Origin: the human T2T-CHM13v2.0 reference genome, Homo sapiens
Reading direction: 5' to 3' (one strand)
DNA: 64,000 nt
Assembly (NCBI RefSeq): GCF_009914755.1
Contig: NC_060940.1
A model generated the notes under the pieces. It saw only the letters and a program-made list of their open reading frames with translations, ran no database searches and was not told the origin of the DNA. Shown here in pieces: positions 1 through 17,971 of this stretch. Made by a program: the position numbers and the translations under genes. Numbering within the stretch: position 1 is the first letter of the stretch; the number at the start of each line of letters is the position of its first letter.

Positions 1-15
1 TTCTTCACAGACGGG
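1..15 (+). pseudogene. ARHGAP23: 3' end of ARHGAP23-like exon (FFTDG)
   Basis: TTC TTC ACA GAC GGG then donor GTGAGT at 16; matches the recalled ...SFFTDG segment before the PH domain. Confidence 0.7.
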
Positions 16-494
16 GTGAGTTGCAGGTCTGTGTGTGTGCGCAGGAGTGAGGGTGTGGGGAGAGAGGGTGTCAGGGAGGTGGGGCCACAGCCTCGGCATG
101 GGGGTTCCTGCTCCAGCTCCTGCCTTCCCCCTCCTCCCTGCACCCCTCACCCTTGTGTCCACCGCGGGACCAGCCCTCTGCTGTGGGCCCCGACATCCCT
201 GAATGACACCATGCAGCCCCACCCAGGGGCCCCCGTCTGGACTGCCTCTTTCCAGACCCATCCCCCATAGCCACACGACTCACTTCTCCACTGTCTTTGC
301 AGCTTTTTAGGTCTTCCCTGAAATTCCAGCCTCCACTCCTGACATTTCATGCCTCCCTTCGCTACTCTGTTTTCCTCCTCAGCACGCCTCATGCACAATT
401 GGTGTTTCTCTTCCTCCCTGCCTGGCTCCCCAGCTAGAATAGAAGCTCCCCGAGCTTATATTTGGGGCTTCATTTGTTTCCTTCACTACCCTGA

Positions 495-1007
<513 letters not shown>

Positions 1008-1417
1008 TAAGCTTTGAAGCAGACAGACTTCGAGTTCCTATCCAGCCACATATCAAGCACATGGCTTTGGGCACCCCACTTACCTTCCCCGAGCCTCACT
1101 TTCTGATCTGTACGATGGGAACAATGTTATCCTACCCCAAGGGCTGCTGTGGATTAAGTGAGGGTGAAGTCGAGGCGGGACTGATGCGCCTCCGTGGAGA
1201 ATGACTAAGGCCTCCCTGCTCGGGAGCCTCTGTGGAGGTTCTGGGGAGTTAGTGGTGAGGGAGCCAGGGCAGCCCTGCCCTCCTGGGGCTCCTGTTGCTC
1301 CTGTTGAGCGGAGAGAACGCATGTGGCATCATGGTTCCAAGTGCACAGACTGCCGTGATGCCCGGGTGCAGGGGCAGGTGGGCATGGGTAGGGAGGTATC
1401 CAGAGGCTGAGACATGA

Positions 1418-1978
<561 letters not shown>

Positions 1979-3434
1979 TAAATGTGGGCTGGGGCTGGCA
2001 GGAGACTGGGGTTATGTCTGTGACAGGAGGAGCCAATCCCATTGCCCTTGTCCAGGTGAGTGAGGGTGGGGGCCCCGACCCAAGGCAGTGGTGTGGGGCT
2101 GTGTGGAGCGGACACTTTAGAGAGAGATTCCATGGGAAGGATGGCCAGGGCTTGCCGGCTGCTGGGAGGTATGGAAGGAGGAGGAGGCGATAAGGTTCCT
2201 GGATTCCTGGCTTGGGCTGAGGGAGGGTGGTGGGTGGTGAGACCCTCCCTGGGCCATGGCACACTGGAGGAGCAGGTTTGGGGAGAGGAAGCCAGGTGGC
2301 TCCACTGGGGCTATGTGAGTCTGAGGGCCCTGGGACAGACCCCAGTGGAGATGTCCTGGGGACAGAGGCTCTGAGGGCGTGTTACTAGAGGGAGGCCCAC
2401 CTGGGGACAGCCTTTGTCTGTCAGCACCCACGAGTTACATATGCCTCTGTGCAGGGGCTTGAAGGAAGAAGGCAAGAGACCTGGCTGAGCCTTGAGAGAA
2501 GTGGGGGGGTCGGGGAGGCCAACAGAGACCAAAAAGAGCCAGCAAGTTGGCAGCGACCCGTGGGGTGGGAGCCATGAGGCAAGGAGGGACCAGCCACGTG
2601 CACTGTGCGAGGAGAGCCGCAAGTGGGCCAGCCCTTCCAGTCTAACGTGTGAGCCACATGAAGGGTCCTTGTGAGGGTGGCTGGTTCCCCCTGCTGGGGG
2701 GCCTGACCCTCAGCTCCTGGGGGCCCTGAGCCCAGTTCAGGGACAGGAGCTGTCCCCTTCCTGCTCACTGGCCAGTTCTGGAGGACCAGGCCTCCACTCC
2801 CTTGCTGGCCAAAACCCGATGTCACTTGTTCCTTTGGTGCCGTGGCCTGGACGTTAGAGGACAGTCTTCAAGTCAGCCTCAGGCCCTTGGTCCACCCAGG
2901 CCGTGGGCACCCTCTCTGTGCTCCCTCCCAGCCCCAGCCTCTTTCAGAGACACGGACTGTCAGGCAGAGGAGGGAAAGGGACAGTGACTTGTCCCCGCAG
3001 CCTCAGCCCCAGCATGGGAGCTGCATGCAGCCTTGGTGACCAACTCCCTCACTCATTTACCAGCCGGAGACACTGAGGCCTGGGAGTGCGGTTGACTTGT
3101 CATAGGTCATGCCGCTGGTTTAGCCTCAGAGAGGTGCCCTTGTCACCACCTCACTGTCACATTAAAATTCTCCCTGGAGGGCTCTGCTGTCTCCTACTCT
3201 GAATGTCCCTGTCCCCCTCCAGCAGTTCTGTGATGAGCAGGGCTCACAGCTCAGGATCCACATGATGGGAGGCCAGATGTGGGCTGTGCCCATCTGCCAG
3301 CCACGGGATCTCTTTGTCTGGTTTGTTCGGAGAGCTGAGGCCTGTGCTGGATGTGGAGCCACCAGCCAGCAGAGAGGAGCTCTTGGTCTGATGGGAGATG
3401 GAGCTCCTGCCCTCAGGGTGCTCCAAGGATCATT

Positions 3435-4400
3435 AATTCATTTATTCAGCAAATATTGATGAGCGCTTGCATGCTGCTGTAGGCCCTGGGATATGGAAAT
3501 GAGAGGACGGACAAGCTCCCTGTCCCCAGGACAGCCTGAGGCTGCAGTAAGTTCTTGGAAAGGATCAAGCTGATCAGAAGCGGGAGCTGCATTGAGGGAG
3601 AAATATGGCCAGTGAAGGCCTCGCTGAGGAGGTGACATTGGTGATGCTGGAGTTCAGATCTGAAGGGGAAGAAGGAAGCAGCCACATATAGAAGTGAGGG
3701 AGGGGGGCTTAGGCAGAAGGAACAGCAAGCGGAGAGGCCCTGAGAAAAGAAAGGCTTGGCTCGCTCACCTGCAAGGGCCCCCTGGCTTGACATAGTGAGA
3801 AAGGTGTGAAGATGAATTTGGAGAAAGGCAGGGACAGACCACAGGAGACTTTAGATTTGATTCTGAGGGCGATGGGATCTCTTGAGAGGATGCTGAGCAG
3901 GGGAGAGATGTGATCTCCTTTTCATTCTAACATGATCGCTGCAGCTGCTGCTGGAGAATGGATGCAGGAGCAAGAGTAGAGACTGGGAAGGTCTGTGCAT
4001 TCTCCAAGCAAGAGGCGTTGATGGCATGGAAAGATGTCTTTCCTCTGGCAGGAAAGACAGAGACAGGGGATGTTTTGGAGGCAGAACAGTTGTGACTTCC
4101 TGATGGATGGGATGTCAAGGGCGAGGAAAAGGGAGGAGTCAAGGGCAGCTCCCAGGTTTCTGGACAACTGGATGGATTGACTGAGCTGGAAAAGATGGGG
4201 GTAGAGAGTGGAGAAGAGGTTTGATGGTAAGAAATCACATGGCCTGGCAAGTATTGTGCAGAGTGCCCATGGGACCTGCAAATGAAGACACTGAGCAGGG
4301 TGGGGGTGCCGGGCTGTGGCTGGGGGAGATGCTGGGCTCGGGAATGGCCATCAGCAGATGGACCTGGTTTAAAGGCACGGCACAGGTGACATCCTTGAGG
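3435..4400 (-). mobile_element. Degraded L2 fragment
   Basis: tcatttattcagcaaatattgatgagcgc start and purine-rich L2-like body. Confidence 0.55.
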
Positions 4401-4469
4401 GAGGTGTGCAGGGAGAGGAGAGGAGGGGAGAGTCAGGACAAAGTTCTGGAGCTCCGCCTCCTTTAGGGC

Positions 4470-4625
4470 GGGGTCTGTTACCCTCCGCTCTGCTGACATT
4501 TTGAGCCAGATAATTCCTTGTTGGGGGAGGCTGTCCTGTGCATTGCACAATGTTTAGCCGCATCCCTCAGATGCCATAGCACACCCTCCAGCTCCCTCCA
4601 CACAAATGTCCCGTGGGGACGAGTC
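4470..4625 (-). mobile_element. MER20 (hAT-Charlie) fragment
   Basis: gacattttgagccagataattc...ggctgtcctgtgcattg...atgtttagc. Confidence 0.7.
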
Positions 4626-5319
4626 TCCTGGCTGTTTACAGGTGTAGAGGGTGGGGGAGGGGAAGTAGAGAAGACTAGGAAGGAGCCAGTGGCATTAGGA
4701 AGAAAGCCGGGAACGTGGGGTCTCAGGTGCCGAGATGGGGTCTGGAGAGGGAAGGAGGGGCTGGCTGTGTCAGATGCCGCCAAGGGGTTAAGGCAAGTTG
4801 GGGAGAAGCAGCCATTGGCTTTGGCCACATGGCGGTTCTGGGTGTCCCTGAGAGGAGCTTCTGGGCAAGTGGAGTCTTGGGTGGGCGGCAGGAAAGTGGG
4901 GAGAACAACCCTCTAAGAGTGCGGACAGCTTCTGAGCAGGTTTGCTGGGATGAGGGGCAGCCTGGGGAGGGGCGTGGGCTGGGAATGGCTTCCCGAGGAT
5001 TTCATGTACGGAGGGCCATGCTGGGTGTCTGAGCATTGCCACCGCTCGGTGAGTGTTGATGCTGGTGTTTAGAGGGGGAGAGGGTTGGGGTCTGCTGGCG
5101 GGCTTTAGGGTGATGGGTAGGGGTGTCTAGGCAGGCGAGGGACTGAGAAAGCATTGGTGGGCTGTGGGCAGGAGGCTGCCCAGGTCTAGCCGGGTGGAGC
5201 AGGGGGCTCCTGGTAGGCAGCGTGGGGTCCATCCCCCGGCTGTCCTCTGTCTGCTACTGTGAGAGCAGTGGGCAGAACTGACCTCTCACCACTCCTGTTC
5301 CCCCCAACCCCGTGTCTCC

Positions 5320-5720
5320 CTGCAGAAAGTGGGCAGCGGCCTGCGCCAGTGGAAGCGGGTGTACGCCGCGCTGCTGGCGCGCTCGCTCTCGCTGAGCAAG
5401 GAGCGGCGGGAGCCCGGGCTGGCGGCGGCGGGGGCTGCGGCGGCCGGCGCAGGTGAGGACGAGGCGGCGCCCGTCTGCATCGGCTCCTGCCTCGTGGACA
5501 TCTCCTACAGCGAGACCAAGAGGAGGCACGTGTTCCGGCTGACCACCGCTGACTTCTGTGAATATCCCTTTCAGGCTGAGGACCGGGATGACATGCTGGG
5601 CTGGATCAGAGCGATCCGGGAGAACAGCAGGGCCGAGGGCGAGGTGAGGGCCCGGCCAGCCCGGCGGCCACAGAGGGCGGGCGGGGTGGCCTCTCACCGG
5701 CTGTGGACCTGGGATGTCCG
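5320..5720. promoter_or_regulatory. Small exonic CpG-island-like segment
   Basis: Dense CpG/GC (gcggcggcg, ccggcgc) over the PH exon, unlike the CpG-poor flanks. Confidence 0.6.
5326..5643 (+). pseudogene. ARHGAP23: ARHGAP23-like exon, bulk of PH domain (318 nt)
   Basis: Acceptor TGCAG 5321-5325, donor GT 5644; [16 protein letters not shown]...[39 protein letters not shown]; CpG-rich. Confidence 0.95.
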
Positions 5721-6096
5721 CTCTGAGCCTCACTTCCCTCTGCTAGAAAGGGGGGCTGACAGGAGTGCACCTCGTGATTGTGTCCCCCTAGGTTTCGGGG
5801 TGACGAGGGTGCAAGGGCAGGGCTCATGGAGGACCTGGCGTCCTCGGGTGCGGGGACCAGCAGTCACCATCCTGATCCTAATGATGACAGGGATTATTGT
5901 GACTGTGTTAGGATCGCCTTGAGCAGGCTCTGATGTGGAGTGGTCAGCTCCAGGCCAGTCTCAGCTTTTCTCAGCAGGCGAGGAAGGCAGGGGCCTCCTA
6001 TGGAGTGTGTTAGGGCATGAGTGTCCCGGCACCAGAACTGCACTGGGCTGGCCTGTCTGCAGGAGGATGAACACATTGACCTTGTGAGGAGGCTGA

Positions 6097-6458
<362 letters not shown>

Positions 6459-7186
6459 GAAGAATTTTTTTTTAATGGCGCCCATTGCGGTCAGCTGTAG
6501 CTACACTCCAGGGGCCTAGGTAGGGATTCCTCCCTGTTTACTTCTTTGGCCAGGAGCCTGCACAGAAGTGCCTTGAGACACCCACACAAAGTCATGTGGG
6601 CGTCCCGGGCCTGGGGTCTCTGCCAAGAGGGCAGTGGGCCTGGGCCTGCTCTGGCCGTGGGAGGGGGGGCTACTGCATGGCCTCTTGCTGAGGACACATC
6701 CTCTTGCTGACCAGGCTCTGCTCTCCCGGGAACAGCTTTCCCCACTGCAGGGAGGAAGGCACCTGGAATTTGGGCCTCCTCCTCTGGGGGCCTGGCTTGG
6801 CTGTCTCCAACAAGGCTTAGTCAGGGGGGTTCCAAGCCACATCACTATGGCAGTAGCAGTCCCTCCTGGGGCACCTCCTCCATGCCTGCTCAGCATCTGC
6901 CAGGAAAGTGGCGAGCGCTGCATGATTCTGCACCCAGCCCCGAGCCTTCCCTTTTAGCCCCCCATGTTTATTACCGAGGAGACTGAGGCTCAGAGAGGCT
7001 AAGAGGCTTCCCCAAGGCCTCAGCTGGTGAGAGGGTGCTGGGGAGTCCAGGCCTGGTCTTTCTCACTCCAGGGTCTGGGCTGTCCACCTGGCAGGTGGAC
7101 AAGAGGGGAAGCAGGGCTAGGGATGAACCCAGGGGTGGGCTGGCTGTGGGCACTGACATGATCCGCTCTCTCCTCTCCTGCTTCAG

Positions 7187-7248
7187 GACCCCGGCTGTGC
7201 CAACCAAGCTCTGATCAGCAAGAAGCTTAATGATTATCGCAAAGTGAG
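7187..7248 (+). pseudogene. ARHGAP23: ARHGAP23-like exon (62 nt)
   Basis: cttcag|GAC...GTGAG|gtgagg; [20 protein letters not shown]; phase matches neighbours. Confidence 0.93.
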
Positions 7249-7512
7249 GTGAGGCCTAGCCCTCATGGAGCAGTCTCCTTTGTGGGGGTGGTAGGGGGCT
7301 GAAGGCAGAGGATGTCTTCCTGGACCACCTCCAGGGCTGCCCTCTGCTGGGGGAAGGGGTATCCAGGGTATCCAGGGTCTCCAGGCTGCAGTTTGGCATG
7401 GAGGCATTGCCTCAGGGTGGAGGGGATGTCCCGAGGGGCAGGAGGCCAGGGTGGGTGGCCTGCTTGGCCACCCCAAGTGAAGACCTCTCCTCTCCCGCTT
7501 TTTCCTACACAG

Positions 7513-7643
7513 CCATAGCTCTGGGCCTAAAGCTGATTCCTCCCCCAAAGGCTCTCGCGGCCTGGGGGGCCTCAAGTCTGAGTTCCTCAAGCAGAGTGCG
7601 GCACGTGGCCTCAGGACTCAGGACCTGCCTGCAGGGAGCAAGG
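7513..7643 (+). pseudogene. ARHGAP23: ARHGAP23-like exon (131 nt)
   Basis: acag|C...AAGG|gtagga; [43 protein letters not shown]. Confidence 0.92.
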
Positions 7644-7978
7644 GTAGGAAGGTGGCCACTGAGACAGGGTGGTGTGTTGGGGAAGAGGGCATGGAGAGGG
7701 GAGAGCATGTGTGTGTGTGTTGGGCTGTGTCTGCTCGTGTGTGCCTGACTGTGTGCCAGGGTTACCGGTATGTCTGTCTGCATGTGCATGCCTGTGAGGG
7801 TCTGGGGGCTCTCAGGGTCTTGGGGTGGAAGGGCCTGGAGCCTGATTCCCGTCCCTGATATCCCTGCTGGGTGGTCCTCTAATCTTTGCTGGTGTCTCTG
7901 CAGGGATGAGAGGCCCACCCTTTCCAAGAGCAACCTTTCCCATTTCCCTCACCTTTGGCTATTAGAAAGTTCTTACCT

Positions 7979-9666
<1,688 letters not shown>

Positions 9667-9794
9667 TCAGCCCTGGGCATCTGGTTTCTTCTCTGATGGA
9701 ATCCCCATACGTCCAAATGTGTGAATGTGGCAGTGAATGTGTGCGACCCTCCTGGATACTCCAGCTCACTCTGGCTCTGTCTCCCCCACTTCAG

Positions 9795-9916
9795 ATGACA
9801 GTGCTGCAGCCCCCAAAACCCCCTGGGGCATCAACATCATCAAGAAAAATAAGAAGGCTGCCCCAAGGGCATTTGGGGTCAGGCTGGAGGAGTGCCAGCC
9901 AGCCACGGAGAACCAG
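9795..9916 (+). pseudogene. ARHGAP23: ARHGAP23-like exon (122 nt), start of RhoGAP region
   Basis: tcag|AT...CAG|gtgggt; [40 protein letters not shown]. Confidence 0.94.
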
Positions 9917-10295
9917 GTGGGTCTCTGCCACACGCCAGAGCAGGCCCGGCAGGGGGAGACCAAGGCACAGAGGGTCAGAGCAGCAAGGGACATGGAACAA
10001 GCTCTCCACCTCATTGTACAAACACAGCTGGGAAAACAGCCCAGAGAGGGGAAGGTCCCTGCCTGCCCTGGGCCTCCCAGGGAGGGAGCAGCAGGGCTGA
10101 GGCTGAGCCCGGCTCCTTCTCAGACCATGGCGAGGCTTTGGTGTCATTTGTAGCTCCCAGACTGGAGGCAGCAAGGGCCTTTTGTTCCCCCCAAGGGTTC
10201 CTGGCAGCAGCTCTGGGCCTTGCATTGTCCCCTTCTTGGCCTCCCCAGCTCCTCTGGCCCCTGTCCCCCCTAACACCCCTCCCCTGTGTCCCCAG

Positions 10296-10451
10296 CATGT
10301 CCCCTTAATCGTGGCTGCACGCTGTCACATTGTGGAGGCACGAGGGCTGGAGTCCACAGGCTTTTACCGAGTGCCTGGCAACAATGCAGTGGTGTCCAGC
10401 CTACAGGAGCAGCTCAATCCTGGGCCTGGTGACATCAACCAGCAGGATGAG
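10296..10451 (+). pseudogene. ARHGAP23: ARHGAP23-like exon (156 nt), RhoGAP arginine-finger exon
   Basis: cccag|CAT...GAG|gtgggt; [52 protein letters not shown]; YRVPG motif retained. Confidence 0.95.
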
Positions 10452-10825
10452 GTGGGTGAAGCTGGGGGGTCTGTGGAAGGGGGGCTGAGATGGTGTGTGG
10501 GTGGTGCTCCGCTTGGAGAGTTCTGTGGTCTATTGTGTTGCATGCATTGTGCCCTATGACATGCCCGGCATTGGTCCAGGACACCAAGATGGGCAAGATG
10601 GGACCTGCCCCCGCTGGCCAGCCTGGGGATGGGCATCACCCCAGGCTGAAGCTGACCAAGTAAATGCAGTCATGGCCTGGGGAGCTCTGAGGCAGAGGCT
10701 CACAAACGGCAGTTTTGTCCGAGTGTTTAGGATGAGTAGAGTTCACCAAAGGCCGGTGAAAGCCAGCTGAGGGCATTCCAGGCAGCAGAATGGCCTGCGC
10801 AATGGTGTAGACGCGAAAAGTGTGC

Positions 10826-11025
10826 CAGGAGTCAACCAGCTTTCTCTGTAGAAGGCAGAGAGTAAATATTTTCTGCTGTAGTTTGCTCTGTTGCATTCCC
10901 CCCTTCTCTTCCTCCTCCTTCTCTTCCTAATCCTTTAACAACGTAAAAACCATACTTAGCTCAAGGGCCATCCAAAAGAAGGCTGTGGCTAGATATTGCC
11001 TACAGATCATGTTTTACAAACTGCC
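10826..11025. mobile_element. MER58-like hAT-Charlie MITE
   Basis: caggagtcaaccagctttctctgtagaaggc...agtaaatatttt...gtaaaaaccatacttagctc. Confidence 0.65.
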
Positions 11026-12894
11026 GGCTTAGAAAAAGGGGAATATATGATGTTTTCTAGAATGGCCAGCCATTTGGGTGGCTGCAACATGGAAAGAGAA
11101 GTGGCTGATCAGGCGAGATGAGACCAGCCTGTGAAGGAATCTGCAATCACACTTAAGTGTTTCCAGTAGGGCCGGCGATTCTCAAAGGGTGTTCCCCAGA
11201 GTCCTAGGGTTCCCCAGAGGGGCCTTGGGAGGCCAGGGTCAGGTCAGGACCCCGTGTCCTTGCTAGAGCAACCCTGCTTTGCCCTGTCTGTTGTACTGGG
11301 TTTTCACGTACAATTTTATTTGCCCAAAGGGGCTCTGATAAAAAAGATATTTTGGAAAACCATGAACATGGGCAGTGATGTCCCATGAGTCACACACGTG
11401 AAGGCTCATGGAATACACAAGTCTTCCTGTCCTTGGAGAATGAGGAGCTGAGACAAGTGTGTGTGAAATTGTGGACAGGAGAAAAAGATGATCTCTCATC
11501 AGGGACCACACTGTGATGAGGAAGGACAGGGTGCTCAGGCTGGAGCAGGTGGTGGCTGGAGGATTTGAGTATTGGAGGAATGAATAGGAGGGGGTAGGTG
11601 GACAGGAAGCCTTTCGGGGTGTGAGACGGTGGCATTTTCCAAAACCCCAGCAAGGGCCAGGGAGGGCTTGAGGGTTAGGACAGAGAGTGGATCTACCTCC
11701 TGGGCATGAAGGTGGAGAGGGTGAGGCCCCAGGGGGACAGAGAGGGCATGTGATGGCTTCACTGAAGACTTCGACCTTGATCTGATGGACAGTAGGGAGC
11801 TTTTGATGCTTCTTAAGCTGGGGAGGCATCATGAGTACAAAGTTCAAGAAAGAGTAATGCTCCTGCTCATGTCCATTGGATACGAATGCGGAGGGCAGGG
11901 GTCTGGGGAGAAGTCACTGATCTATGGAAGCGCTAAGTGTCGGGAGGACTTGGTGGTCCCGGGGGAAGGGGGAGGATGGGAGCAACCCTAAGAGTTGGCT
12001 GCATGAGAGGGAGGAAGGACGGGCGAGGAAGAGCCGCATGTTTGAGCTGGGGCTGGTGGTATCTTCCCCTGGCAGAAACCAGGGAGTAGGGCAGCGTGAG
12101 GAGAGGTGGAAGGGAGGGGCCGTCTCAGGGAGTGGCTCCATTGGATTTGGGGTATGGAAAGTCCCTTGCATGGGGCGAGGGCATAAACAGGCGCTAGATT
12201 GAGCGTGGACTAGAGAGTGGCATGGGTCCTGCTGCAGCTGGGGCATGGGATGACCAAGGGTGGGCCGCAGAACAGCAGGGGCCACGTGCTGAGTGGGACA
12301 GAAGGAGAGGACCGCCGGTGAGGCTGGGGTGAGGGCAGACACTTCACTCTGGAGGAGCCAGGAAGCACTGGCCAGGGCATTGGGTTTGGCAGCTGGGAGA
12401 TGAGAGGAGCTCACACCTGAGGGCCAGGAGGTAACGGAGTCGGGTGGGCAGGAGCCGCACTGGGTGTGTGTGAGATGAGGGGGCCGTGCTGGCAGGCAAC
12501 TGGTCCAAGCCAGGGCCAGCTGGGGGCATACAAGGTATATTGGGTGTGTTGTTTTGTCTTGGATATCATTGTGTCATTTGTTGTGGGTCGTGCTGGGAGT
12601 AAGTGTAGTGGGGGATGAATCTAACCCCTGGTGAGCCTGTGCGGAGTGTATTGTTTATGGGATTGTCTGGCATTAAGCTGTGGATCCATTGTAATGAGTG
12701 TGTGTACTGCTGTGCTGTGTCTCTTTGTTGGGGGTATTAGGTCGCTTTCTGGGCCTGAGTTATTGTGAGCCATTCCCAGCGAGGCGGCTGTGCCCGACTT
12801 GGTTGCAATGTGGGGTGATGCTGCCCCCTGGAGGACAGAAGGGACAACGACCCGGCCGTTAGTTCTTGTACTCAACAACCATTTATTTTAGAGT

Positions 12895-13121
12895 AGGGTT
12901 TCTCAACCTCAGTGGACATTTTGGGAAGAACAATTATTTGTTGTGTGGGGTTGCCCTGTGCACTGGAGGAAATTTGGAATCATCCCTGGCCTCGATCCAC
13001 TAGATGAAAGTGTCACCTCCCAGTTGGGAAAATCAAAATGGCTCCAGACATTGTCAAATGTCCTCTGGGGGTGGAGTGGGAGTTTGGGGGACAAAATTGC
13101 CTCCTTCTGTTAGAACTACTG
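12895..13121 (-). mobile_element. MER20, near full length
   Basis: agggtttctcaacctc...ccagacattgtcaaatgtcctctgggg...agaactactg. Confidence 0.8.
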
Positions 13122-13835
13122 ATTTAGGGCCATGTAAGTATCAGGTTAACTGTCCTAGCTAGGTGATAGGAGCACAGTGGGAAATGAGACAGACGGGATC
13201 CTGGCTCCTCCTGGAGCTTACAGTCCTGCAGGGAGACAGGCATGAACATAGAAACAAAAGCAGAAAATAATGACAAATTGGGTTAAGCGCCATGAAGGAA
13301 ACAAAGTCAGGGCTGGGGTGCAGGTGACAGGGCAGTGGTGAAGGTGGCTGCTTTAGCTATGAGGGTCAGAGAAGGCCTCTTTGAAGAGCGACTTTTAGGC
13401 GGGGATGAGGAGCCAGTTGTGTGGAGGCGGGGAGGAAAGTTCTGGTTGAGGGAACCAGCACATGCAGAGGACCTGAGACAGGAAGGAGCTGGCATGAATG
13501 ACTGCTGTGTCACAGATGCTTAAACTGTGTCCAGTGGAGGCAGCAGCTGCCACTCACTGTGTCCCCACAGTGCCTGGGACTTTCTGTGAATGGGGAGGTG
13601 TTGGAGCCCACGCGCTGGCAGGAGCAGGGAGGGGCTGGGGCCAAGTGTGAGTGTGGGCACAGGACCTCTCTGGGGACTCAGTTCTGCTGCCACCATCCTG
13701 ATGAGTAGAGAGCTTAGTCTAAGTGGGTCCCAGGGAGGGCCTGGTGGGCTTGATTGGGCTCTGGGGTGAATGATCATGGAGGCATGGGCATTGGGCTAGG
13801 CTTGCCTGTGGCCTGACATCTGACTCCTCCCCCAG

Positions 13836-13914
13836 CGCTGGCAAGACCTCAATGTGATCAACAGCCTGCTCAAGTCCTTCTTCCGAAAGCTGCCCGAGCC
13901 TCTTTTCACTGCTG
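13836..13914 (+). pseudogene. ARHGAP23: ARHGAP23-like RhoGAP exon (79 nt)
   Basis: cccag|CGC...GCTG|gtgagt; [26 protein letters not shown] (LLKxFFRxLPEPL motif). Confidence 0.95.
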
Positions 13915-13972
13915 GTGAGTAGGAGGTGGAAATGGGGGTGGGGAGGGGACACCAGTCTGTGCCGCACCCTGA

Positions 13973-14316
<344 letters not shown>

Positions 14317-14429
14317 TTTTTTTTTTTTTTTTTTTTTTAACACAAAAGCTTATTAAAAAAACATAGATTGTACAGATGTGAATAAAAACAGCACAGGACC
14401 CTGTGAATCTCCTCCTCCCTTTCACGGGA

Positions 14430-14610
14430 GGTTGTGGCTAACACTTTCTGAGCATTAGTGTGTGCCAAGCACAACTCCCTACAGCAACTCCATGAGGAAG
14501 GTGCTATTGTCTTCCCTCTACAGATGAGGAAACCAAGGCTCAGAGAGGTTTAATGCCTTGCCCAAGGTCACACAGGTTGTAAATGGCAGAGCCAGGATTC
14601 CGCCCCAGGC
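14430..14610 (-). mobile_element. MIR
   Basis: acagatgaggaaaccaaggctcagagaggtt...ttgcccaaggtcacacag core. Confidence 0.75.
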
Positions 14611-14741
14611 GTCGGGCTCCGATGGACTTTGGCCGTTTGCTGAACTGCTTATTCACGATCTGTTGTGTTTCTCTCCTGGCCCTCTTATATGCATGGCAGA
14701 GATACAGACGTGCCTGCGTGGGGTTTGGAGTTGGGTGGGTT

Positions 14742-14943
14742 CAGGGGTGTGCTGGCAGATGTTTAACATCTGTTTCTGGGAGAAAAAAGCCCTAATGCCT
14801 AGCATTTTCCAGCTTCCATGGTGTAAATACTCCTACCATGGTTTATTTCAAGCCACCAACATGATGTCACCAACATGGAATTGGGAAGAGAGGCACACAG
14901 TTGCTCTCAGGAGCTGGTGTGAGCGGACTCCAGCACACCGCTG
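14742..14943. mobile_element. MER63-like hAT MITE
   Basis: Terminal inverted repeats CAGGGGTGTGCTGG / CCAGCACACCGCTG; imperfect 8-bp TSD GGTGGGTT/GTTGAGTT. Confidence 0.75.
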
Positions 14944-15201
14944 GTTGAGTTGTTTTTAACAAAAGCAGGGTTGTAATTCTGAGATTCATTCGTGTCAGTG
15001 CAGAGAGCTCTACCTCATTCTTCTTTTAAATCAGCCACATAGAATTTCATGGTTTGAATAGACTATAATTTCTTTAAGTACTCCTCTATTGATGGATATT
15101 TAGCTTGTCTTCAAATGTTTGCTATCACACAACCTGTTGCAATGGCTTTCCTTGAATAAGTCCTTGCACGCCTGGATCTGTGCTCTCTAAGGGGATTCTT
15201 A

Positions 15202-15986
<785 letters not shown>

Positions 15987-16143
15987 CAGCATTAAATATT
16001 ATTAATATTTTAAACTTTTGCTAATCAGATAAGAGAAATGGTATCTCATTATTGTTTTTATTTTCATTGCCCTCATTACTAGGGAGATTAAATCTTTTTT
16101 CATTAGCATATTGGCTGTTTCTATTTTCTCTGTAATTGCTTGA

Positions 16144-17038
<895 letters not shown>

Positions 17039-17685
17039 TAGGATTATAAAAATATTTTCTTATTTTTCCCCAGAGCTTTTATAATTTTCACAATTGGCTC
17101 TGCCGTGTGATTGCATTTGTGTATTGTGAGCTAGAAATGATCCCCCCCGTCCCCGATGGTAGCCATTTGTCCCGGGGACATCTGTTGAGGCCCCCATCCC
17201 TCCCCCCGATTGGAAGTGCTGCCTTTATCATATAATAAATATCCACATGGCCCACTTCCCCCCTTTCTAGCCTTAACATTGCTCTGCCTTTTCTGCCATG
17301 CCAGCCGGCTTCAGCTGTGCCATCCATTCAGGATGTTTCAGTCCCTGGTAGGGCAGATCCTCCCGCGTTACTCTTTCTTTAAAAACTATTCCTGGCTGTC
17401 TTTGTGCGTTAGCTCATCCAGATGAATTTCAGAATAGGCTTATCATGTTCCATTCTTTAAAGGTCCCCATGGAATTGTTCTGAAGGGAGTTGGGGGAATC
17501 CTTGGTCGAGGCTGTCTGAAGCCCCTCCTCCTCTCCAGGTGCCCTTCTCTTCTGACCTGCTGAACCTTGGTGTCCATGTCCTGGAGACGGGGGCATGGAC
17601 CCCTTTTCTGCGATCAGCATGCACCTCAGGTCGTATTGCCTCCCAAATGAACACAGCTGGGCTACCCCAGGTCAGGTGCACACCC

Positions 17686-17750
17686 GAGTGTAGCTGTGGT
17701 GAGTGCAGCTGTGGTGAGTGCAGCTGTGGTAAGTGCAGCTGTGGTGGGTG
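17686..17750 (+). repeat. 15-bp tandem repeat (GAGTGCAGCTGTGGT) x4
   Basis: Units at 17686, 17701, 17716, 17731. Confidence 0.92.
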
Positions 17751-17897
17751 TGTTCACATACACAAGAGGCTATCGCCCACGCTGGAGCCCCCGAACTGGA
17801 GGAGTTCAAAACACAGCCCTCCCAGCAGGGCCCTCGGCCTGGAGAACAGGGTAAGGTGCTGCCCCTACCTCTCTAAAGAGTCTCTGCTGTGTTCTAG

Positions 17898-17971
17898 ACA
17901 AATACAATGACTTCATCGAGGCCAACTGCATTGAGGACGTGCGGGAGCGGATGAGGACGCTGCGGAAGCTG
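17898..17971 (+). pseudogene. ARHGAP23: ARHGAP23-like RhoGAP exon (74 nt)
   Basis: ttctag|AC...CTG|gtaagg; [24 protein letters not shown]. Confidence 0.94.

Noticed and set aside
5329-5922. 197-aa ORF as a stand-alone gene
   Set aside because: GTG start within an internal exon; homology stops at the donor at 5644 and the rest is intron read-through.
17539-17910. CSCGE-repeat ORF resembling a metallothionein
   Set aside because: Product of the 15-bp intronic tandem repeat; no gene structure.
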